Below, piece by piece: positions 54,341 through 64,000 of a DNA stretch of 64,000 nucleotides (the stretch's first letter is position 1; every line of letters begins with the position of its first letter). Below the pieces are notes generated by a model that saw only the letters and a list, made by a program, of their open reading frames with translations, did no database searches and had not been told where the DNA came from. The DNA is from Octopus vulgaris (lineage: Eukaryota). Both the position numbers and the translations under genes were made by a program. The stretch is taken from positions 60,326,001-60,390,000 of the forward strand of contig OX597816.1 of assembly GCA_951406725.2 (NCBI GenBank). Direction: 5' to 3'.

Positions 54341-54701
54341 TATTTTTATTTATACATATGTGTGTGTATATGTGTGAGCACAGATATGCACACGTGTATG
54401 TGTATGTGTGTGTGCGTCAGTGTGTGTGTGTGATGCATAGCACAGCATAAATCAAGAGAACTGAAATGTCGTAGAATGTGTTTATATCTTTCTTATTATA
54501 CCCAAAGTGAAGCTTTCTAATATTTTCACATATAAATATATGCATACAACATGCTTCTTTCATTTTCCACCTACCATATTCATTTACTCCTAAGGTTCTT
54601 GCCAAGCTAAGAGGCTATAGTAAAAGACATTTGCCTGAGGTGTCATACAGTAAGACTAAACACAAAATTACTTGGTTGTAAAGAACCCACAAGTACTAAT
54701 C

Positions 54702-55105
54702 CAGGCCAACTCGAATTACATTGCGGGCCACTTTAATCACAGAAAGCTTTTTTGGGGGCCGCTTGTATACTGACAGAACTGAAAGCATTTTGCTTTCTCA
54801 TGCTATTATTACAATAATGAGTGAATGATCGTTGATTCAACATGAAATATTATCATGGCACAGACTGTAGTATCTTTCTCTTTTACTTTTCATTACAATC
54901 TTTATATATCTTTCGTTCCAGCACACAACCTCAGATCAGGTTACTTGCTATGCAAGTACATCTCCATAATTACAATCTTTAATTACTGATAAAATCTTTA
55001 AAATGTTTGTTTAAATAAAACCATTTCAAGAAAGTATCCAACAGGTTGCAAGATAAAAGTCTGTGGGCAACATGTGGCCCGTAAGCATCAGGTTGGCCAG
55101 CCCTG
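54702..55105. mobile_element. hAT (Charlie-like) MITE
   Basis: Right end gttggccagccctg, left end partly deleted (caggccaac), subterminal gcgggcc/ggcccg motifs, degenerate 8-bp TSD tactaatc/gactaaac. Confidence 0.5.
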
Positions 55106-55477
55106 GACTAAACAGATAAAAATTTTTGAAAAAACTTGGTTCCAAAAAAGAGAATGAAGAGTTATAAAGCTGTTGCATTGAATGTTGGATAGGTTTTTTT
55201 ATTGACCTTTTTACCTTTTTAAGTGTTTCAGTCATTAGACTGGCCATGCTGGAACACTACCTTGGAGAATTTTAATTGAACAAATTGACTTCAGTACGTT
55301 TTATGTTTTTGTAAAGTCTGGTACTATCAGTTTCTCTTGCCAAACTGTGAAGTTGCAGGAATGTAAACACACCAGCACCAGTTGTCAAGCAATAGTGGGG
55401 GACAAACACATACACAGACACACACACATATGTGTGTGTGTGCGTGTGTGTGTGTGTGCATGTGTGTGTGTGTGTGC

Positions 55478-55508
<31 letters not shown>

Positions 55509-56871
55509 CGTGTGTGTGTGAGACAGGCTTCTTTCAGTTCCATTCTACCACAAATCCATTCACAAGTCTTTGAGTGGCCTGAGGCTATAGTAAAAGACAC
55601 TCATCCAAGGTACCACACAGTGGAACTGAACCTGGAACAACCATGTAGTTAGGAAACAAACTTACTTCTTACTACACAACCACGCCTGTGCCTGTTTCTT
55701 TCTTTTTGTTTTTGTTTATTCTAAATTAACAAGTGTTGAGTGGAGAGAAGGAAATTGTGTAAGTTAACTTTTTGGAGTTTGTTAGAAAAAAAAATTAAAG
55801 TCTTGAATATACTGTTTAGTTGAGGATCTTAGAGAGTAGGTGACAGCAGGCTGACTAGAAAAGATAAACATTTATCTCTTTACCCTCTGATCCACCAACA
55901 TTTAGATAACATACCAACATTTTAGATAACATAACCCAAATCATTTCCTAGATTTGAAAGAAGAAATACAAAAAGAAAGAAAGAGAGAAAGTGAAAAAGA
56001 AACAAAGCAAGTTGCTCATCTCAGATTTCTTAAATGTACTTATCAATGGATACTTTGTTTTAGGAAGAAATAATTGAAACCTCTCACTCACGAGGGCGTG
56101 GGGAGAAAGGGAGAAAGAGAGAGAGAGAGGGGTCGAAGAGAGAGAAGGAAATACATAGTCACAAATAACACATTTTTCTGTGTATATTGGAAAAGAAAAT
56201 GAGGAAGAATTTTGTGGGGTTTTTTTTTTCATAAAGATACCAGCTGTTCCTGTCATACTCAATCAGCTTCTTGATAGAAGTTAAACGAGTAAGTTTAACT
56301 TCTTTTAAGTTCTGTAGACTAGACATGATATTTCCGATAATAATAAGTTAGTACACACAGACATAACAAAATAACAGTTGTATTGCAGTATTTGTTGTTA
56401 TTTTAATTGTTTTGCACCACATTAAATAACTCTATTGCCTTTGCTATTTAGCCCCAGGTCGACTCTGATCAAAGGCACCGCAGCCATGACCCACTCCATC
56501 TTTTGGACTATATCTTGGACTACATTACCTGAGATGTTGTTTCCTTATTTGAAATACTAGAATGTGATATGAGGGAGATCTGACTGCTATTTATAGCAAG
56601 TCAGGTGACTTTGCAAATCTCTCTCAAAGTAATTCTGTAATTAAATTACAGGGAGACATGACAGTCTTATAGATGCAGACATAGCTCACTTTGCAGCCAT
56701 GCGTCTTTGGGTTCAGTCCTATGGTACAGCACCTTGGGCATGTGCCTTCTACTATAGCCCCAGACAAACCAGTGCCTTATAACTGAAGTTTGAAGATGGA
56801 AACTGTGTACAAGCCTGTCATATATGTATATGTGTATATATATATATACAATTATCAAGTACTCACCCCGA

Positions 56872-57037
<166 letters not shown>

Positions 57038-57042
57038 ATATA

Positions 57043-57106
<64 letters not shown>

Positions 57107-57589
57107 TATTCTTTTGTTTCAATCATTTGACTGCAGCCATGCTAAAGCATCACCTTTAGTCGAACAAATCGACCCCAGGATTTATTCTTTGTAAGCCTAA
57201 TACTTATTCTATTGGTCTCTTTTGCCACACTGCTAAGTTACGGGGACATAAACACACCAATATCAGTTGTTAAGTGATGGTGGGGGGACAAACATGACAC
57301 ACAAATGCATACATACATACATACATTCATACATACATACATACACACATTGAGTCGAAACAGGGGCAGTTGAAGAAGGTGAATGTCCCTTGTGTTGTTT
57401 GTCTTGTAATCTGTTTTTTTTTGTTGTTAAAAAAAGTCCGTTTCCTTGTTTGGTTTTATGTTTTCGTTTCTCGTTGTGTTCTACGTTTATTTGTGGTGTC
57501 CTGTACTCATATATGCATGTATATATACATATAGATGTAGGTATGTACATATATGTATGTATGTATGCATATGTTTTATTTATTAAATT

Positions 57590-57627
<38 letters not shown>

Positions 57628-57888
57628 TATATATACGACAGGCTTCTTTCAGTTTCTAGCTACCAAATCCACTTACAAGACTTTGGTTGGCCTGAGGCTA
57701 TAGTGGGAAGCACTTGCCCAAGGTGCTACCCTGTGGGACTGAACCCAGAACCATGTGGTTGGGATGCAAGCTTACTTGAGTAAGCACATAGATGTGAAAG
57801 GTGGGACAAAATAGTACTCGAATATTGGAGGCAGTGTAATATGCTTTATTATAAATGCTGCAAAAACATCACAAAAATATCACAAAAA

Positions 57889-57928
57889 ATTGCTACTCAG
57901 AGTTTCATGTTCCCATTCATCGGACAAT
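57889..57928 (-). ncRNA. Minimal hammerhead-like motif (U4C core variant)
   Basis: Minus strand: attgt-CCGATGA-atg-ggaa-cat-GAAA-CT-ctg-AG-TA-gcaat. Confidence 0.65.
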
Positions 57929-57930
57929 GC

Positions 57931-57961
<31 letters not shown>

Positions 57962-58043
57962 CGTATGTGTGTATGTATATATGTATGTACGTATGTGTGT
58001 ATGTATGTATGCATGCATGCATGTATCTACTTGCCTTTAGTAT

Positions 58044-58417
58044 CTGTGTGGTAAGTAGCTTGCCTACCAACCACATGGTTCTGGGTTCAGTCCCACTGTG
58101 TGGCACCTTGGGCAAGTGTTTTCTACTATTGCCTCGGGCTGACCAAAGCCTTGTGAGTGGATTTCGTAGACAGAAATTGAAAGAAGCCCGTCGTACATAT
58201 GTGTGTGTATGTGTGTGTGTGTGTGTGTTTATCCCCCCAACATTGCTTGACAACCGATGCTGGTGTGTTTACGTCCCCGTAACTTAGCAGTTCAGCAAAA
58301 GAGACCGATAGAATAAGTACTAGGCTTACAAAGAATAAGTCCTGGGGTCGATTTGCTCGACTAAAGACGGTGCTCCAGCATTGCCGCTGTCAAATGACTG
58401 AAACAAGTAAAAGAGTA
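58044..58417 (+). mobile_element. tRNA-derived SINE family A
   Basis: High similarity to 39591-39983. Confidence 0.85.
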
Positions 58418-59381
58418 ATTCGCGCATATATGAAAGTATATGTTTGATTATAATGTGTGTAAGTATATATGTATCTACACGAATGCATGTATATATATAT
58501 GTATATGTACATGTGTGTCTATGTATGAGGGGAAGTCAAAAATTATCTGCACTTTTGCCAAAGCATAACTTTATTATTGTCACTCTGCCTTCTATGCATG
58601 CATGCTTATAGTTGGTACTATTATTCTCTCTTCTATAGGCACAAGGCCTGAAATTTTAATTTATTATTACTATACATAAAAGCTTCTGATGAATTTCAGT
58701 ATGAGTATCTCTATGTATATGTATGTATGCGTATGTATGTATATACATGTGCAAATCTATTTGTATGTATGCCAATGTGTATCTATATATATATATGTAT
58801 GCGTGTGTATGTGTTGAATATCATTATCATTGTTGTTTAATCTCCACTTTCCATGCTGGCATGTTGTTTAATCTCCACTTTCATGCTGGCGATGATCTGA
58901 CTGAGGGCTGGCAAGCCAGAAGGCTGCACAAAGCTCCAATCCAATCTGGCAAAGTTTCTAGAGCTGGATACCCTTCCTAACTCCAACCACTTGAATATAC
59001 ATATATATATGAACTGTTACTGTTTGTTAAAATTTAAGATCATTCACAGCCCATGGGTACAAAATTTATAAAACAAACTTACATATAAAACAAATTTACT
59101 TATATTCATTTATTTACCATTAATAATTAATCTATTCTGAGCATGCACGATCTCTTTTTCACTCAAGACTTTTTCCAATTCAAGATTTTCTTCGATTTTA
59201 TTCAACACAATATTTATGTATTTTTATTTTCTATTTTTATAATTACTGTCTCAACTTGCATACCTCCGAAAGGCCATTAGTGAAATCAAGCAATCAATTT
59301 CAAATGTGTATCTGTCAATTTGAATCATATCAAAATATACATTATACGTACAATCACAATTTTTATTTCAATCTTGATCAC

Positions 59382-59422
59382 AACTGCCCAATGAATGGGA
59401 ACATGAAACTCCTAGTACAGTT
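59382..59422 (+). ncRNA. Degenerate hammerhead-like motif, same family as 57889-57928
   Basis: aactgc-CCAATGA-atg-ggaa-cat-GAAA-CT-cct-AG-TA-cagtt followed by the same tail ttttgtgatatttttgtg. Confidence 0.5.
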
Positions 59423-59593
59423 TTTTGTGATATTTTTGTGTTATTTTTGCAGCTTCAATAACATCATCATCATCATCATCATCATCGTTTAACGTCCGTT
59501 CTCCATGCTAGCATGGGTTGGACGGTTCGACCGGGGATCTGGGAAGCCAGAAGGTTGCACCAGGCTCCAGTCTTATCTGGCAATGTTTCTAAT

Positions 59594-59648
<55 letters not shown>

Positions 59649-59740
59649 TGAGGGAATATTATTCCAAACTTACAGGGAAAAATTCAATTTAGAAATACTA
59701 AATCAAATTTCACAAAATATAATATATATATATATATATA

Positions 59741-59888
59741 TAAATTAGAAAAAAAAACATGCTTTATCAATTCAATAATGAAAAATTATCGATCTCTTAA
59801 ATTACCTATATAATATATAATTTTTCTAAATGGTATAATTTAATTTTTCATTATTGAATTGATAAAGGGTGGGTTTTTTTCTAATTTA
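59741..59888. repeat. ~48-bp inverted repeat between (TA)n tracts
   Basis: taaattagaaaaaaaaacatgctttatcaattcaataatgaaaaatta versus taatttttcattattgaattgataaagggtgggtttttttctaattta. Confidence 0.75.
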
Positions 59889-59911
59889 TATATATATATC
59901 CATATATAGTA

Positions 59912-59975
<64 letters not shown>

Positions 59976-60746
59976 TGTATGCATATGTAAATGTATGTGC
60001 TTGTTACTCATCATTACTTCTTCACAGCTTGTGTTGGTTTGATTACATCCCTGTAACTTACCAGTTCAGCAAAAGGAACTGATAGAATAAATGCCAGACT
60101 TAAAAGGAAAATAAGTACTGCAGTCAATTTCCTTGACTAAACCAGTTGAGATGGTATCCTAGCTTAGCCATAGTCCAGTGACTGAAACATGTAGGAGGTA
60201 GGAGACATACATCATGGAGACTTTTCATTCCATCACCTGTAGAATTTGTGGCTGTGTGTCTGTGTGTTGGGGTGGGTGGTAGGATGCTTATGCTAGAGAC
60301 AATTACTATGATGGCACTGGAACAACAGAATTATCAGAACATCAGAATAATACCTAGCATTTTTTTCTTCCAAAATTATACATTCTAGGTTAGATGCAGG
60401 TATGGGTGTCCGGTAAGAAGTTTGTTTCTCACCCATATGGTTCCAGGTTCAGTCTCACTGCAAGGCACTTTGGGTCTTCTACAATAGCTTTGGGTTGACC
60501 AAAGCCTTGTGAACGGATTTTGCTGATCGAAATTGAAAGAAATCCATCATATATACATATTTTTGATGCAATTCGGTTTGTCTACCCTTGTCTTTTTGGG
60601 GTTTTTTCTATGGAAGAGTGTATGCTTGAAATGTAAAATACATTCCTTTTTATTTTTCGTGAGTGTAAACCTAAATATACACTGCTTGGTTTTTGACCTT
60701 GTCTCCTGTTCTTTTAAAAACATTTTGCACCATGTGTGTGTGTGTG

Positions 60747-60809
<63 letters not shown>

Positions 60810-61561
60810 GTTTCATCGCTTTGACATTGGGTGATAGTTGTAAATGAGTGTCACCATTTTGAAGCAGGGTCCTTCATTTCCGATCTTCCATGAAATAATG
60901 TCTGCTCATGGTGAAATATTACCTTATTTGAGAAACAGGTGAAGGATGGTTATCGAAACAGTATCCAGCTGCAGAAAATCTGTCTCAACAAATTCCATCT
61001 CACCCATGCAGGCATGGGAAAATGGTCATTAAAACTATACTGATGATGAGTTAGATTCCATGCTTTTCATTTCTCAGAAGCTGATAAAATAAATAAAGTA
61101 CCAACCAAGTAATGGGGTCAGCAGTGTTGACAGACCTCCAACCTCCTTCCCTAATTACAGGCCTTGTGCCAATGTTTGAAACAGCAATGAGGGTGGTTGA
61201 GTGAAAGAACAGTTAAAGCATCAGACATATAATATCTTTTGGACTTTGTTCTAGCAATTACATTCTCAGTTCAAAAATTCCAAAGTGAAGTTTGTCTGTC
61301 ATCCTTCCAGGATCAATAAAATAAAGTACTGGTCATATGTTTGGGTTGATATATATCAACTTAGGCTCCACCCTTCAAAATTTCTGGGCTTCCTGCCTAA
61401 ATTAGAAAGCATTATTGTGTTTAAATCCTGCCCAGGTTAATTTTGCTGCTCCTCCTTTATGGGGTTGATAAAATATAGTACCAGTCAAGTACTGGAATTG
61501 ATGTACTTGACTAATCCCACCCCCAAAACTTCAGGTCATGTGTCTTACATTTGAAACAATA

Positions 61562-61611
<50 letters not shown>

Positions 61612-63234
61612 CTGGATGATGGATGACAGAATTGTTACATCATGTTTCTTATAATCAAAACAATAATAGTTATTATCATTATCCTCTTCTTTCAATTTTG
61701 TTTTCATTTCTTACTGAGTGTCTTCCCGACACCTAGAGCTAAGAAACACACTGTACTGTATACATTGGTAGGCCATTATTATTATTATTATAATTATTAT
61801 TATTATTATTATTTCAATAGTGGATGGCAAAATTGTTAAAGCATCAGACAAAATATGTTACAACATTTTGTTCTGGTTCTTTACATTCTGAGTTCAAATC
61901 CCACCAAAGTCAACATCACTTTCCATCACTACAGAGTTAATAAAATAAAGTACAAATCGAGTTGTGAATTTGATGTCATAGACTTATTCCCTCCCCACAA
62001 AATTGCCAACCTTGTACCAAAATTAGAAATTATTGTCAATGTATTTGACTTTTCTCAACTTGTCTCTTGTTTCAGTAAAGCATAAAAGATTCTGCCTTCT
62101 GTTTTTCCTGTGTGTAAGCCTTAATACACATTGTTTGATTTCACCTTATCTTCTATGTCTTTTTCCATTACTGAACCATATGTGAGTAACATCTTTCTTT
62201 ATTGAATTGTTTATTAGAGGTTTTTCTCTAAATTATATACATATATTATTTATATATATATATATAATTATCTATCAATCTATCTATCTTTATCTCTCTC
62301 TCCCTATCTATCTGTATGTATGTATGTATGTATGTATGTATGTATGTATGTATGTATGTATGTATGTATGTATGCATGCATGCATGCATGTATATATGCA
62401 TACTGGCAGGGAGGGAGAGAGAGAGAGACTGTATTACCTGTTTACAATTACTTTACTTAAGTTAGCACACAAGGGATTATTTCTACAAACCTTGGATATT
62501 TATATATTGAAGTATTTCTGAGAAGTCAACCACAGAATAATATGCTTTACATATTATCTGTTAGCCATGCATAATAATGTGACTTGCACAGGAAACCACA
62601 CAATGGCTATAGTAAGGTTTGAAGTTATAACCATGTTATCATAAGATTACATGATCATGAATGAATCTCACAGATTCTATATCTTTTTTTTAAACATTGT
62701 GAAGAAATATAGATGTCTGGTTATTTTTCTCTCAAGTGAACTGATTTTAAAGAATGACTAATCAGATTATCATTTTTTTTTCTCCCAATTGTAAGATTTT
62801 CAAAAATGGTGTTTTGCAGATACAAAAATAAAAAAAACAAAAGCATAGATGAAAATGAATAAAAAGTGAAATTATCAATATACTATAGAAATAGGAAAAA
62901 TAAAAGTTAAAATACATATCTACCATTCTGTCTTAGCAGTGGTATCCACTGAACACACACACACACACACACACAATCAAAAGTTCTAGTTAGATTAATT
63001 TTCAATTTTGTTCATATTTAACATTTCAATAGATGCAGTTATATGTCTAGAAATTTATCTGATCAAATAGATGCTTCAAATTTGATAAGAGTAATAGAGT
63101 TTGCTTTGACAAAGCAATAGATCAAATGCATATCAGTGAATGGTAGTAACCTGACTGAAATATAATAAACTTATCTCACAACAGAATGACAGCAAATAAT
63201 GTAATCCACAGTGTCTTTTATTCTTTTATTCTTT

Positions 63235-63642
63235 TTCTTTTATTTGTTTCAGTCATTTGACTGCGGCCATGCTGGGGCACCACCTTTTAGTCGAGCAAAT
63301 CAACCCCAAGACTTATTCTTTGTAAGCCTTGTACTTATTCTATCAGTTTCTCTTGCCGAACCACTAAGTCATGTGGTGCAAACACACCAGCATCGATTGT
63401 CAAGCGATGTTGGGGGTACAAACACAGACACACAAACATATACATACACACACACACACATACATACATATATATATATACGACGTGCTTCTTTCAGTTT
63501 CCATCTACCAAATCCACTCACAAGGCTTTGGTCAACCCGAGGCTATAGTAGAAAACACTTGCCCAAGGTGCCACGCAGTAGAACTGAACTCAGAACCATG
63601 TGGTTGGTAAGCAAGCTACTTACCACACAGCCACTCCTGCTC
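63235..63642 (-). mobile_element. tRNA-derived SINE family A, full length
   Basis: Reverse-complement match to 39591-39983. Confidence 0.85.
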
Positions 63643-63867
63643 CTATATCACTTACTTTATTTATTCATTTATCTGTTTGTTTATTTATTTATTATGCATA
63701 TAGACACGGCTGTGTTGTTAAGATGTTTGCTTTGCGATCATGTAGTTTTGGATTCAATCCTACTGCAGGGCACCTTGGGCGAGTTTCATCTAATATAACT
63801 TCAGGCTTACCAAAACCTTGCGAGTGAATTTGATTGATGGAAACCAGCATTGTGGAAGCACTTTATG

Positions 63868-63917
<50 letters not shown>

Positions 63918-64000
63918 TATGTCTGTGTTTGTGTTTGTCTCTTCACTACCACCACCACCACAGCTTGACAACTAACACTGATTTATCTACATTCCCATAA

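Noticed and set aside
58525-58555. mariner-like TIR start (tatgaggggaagtcaaaaattat)
   Set aside because: No partner TIR or transposase sequence seen

Overview
Eukaryotic, AT-rich, repeat-saturated DNA. The SINE families and dense (TA)n/(CA)n/(GAT)n/(TAA)n microsatellites look like a coleoid cephalopod (Octopus-like) genome; this is an inference. No host exon could be supported, so the window is probably intronic or intergenic, and most ORFs in the track are microsatellite artefacts. The coding content I can support is all transposon-derived. It includes a near-complete CR1-type LINE (about 9.17-12.96 kb) with a tandem CCCH-finger ORF1 and an APE-RT ORF2 broken by one homopolymer frameshift. 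It also includes a young Penelope-like element (33590-36208) whose GIY-YIG ORF is flanked by ~860-bp inverted pseudo-LTRs, each carrying a hammerhead ribozyme. Other elements: Dong/R4 fragments in (TAA)n, RTE fragments, an internally deleted mariner, Helitron/Helentron, piggyBac-like and hAT-like MITEs, and tRNA-derived SINEs. The strongest unannotated signal is about nine type-I hammerhead-like motifs (some canonical, some degenerate) from several families, plus repeated inverted 'tail-to-tail' structures, several beside (TA)n tracts. All structures were read by eye; no folding or database searches were run.
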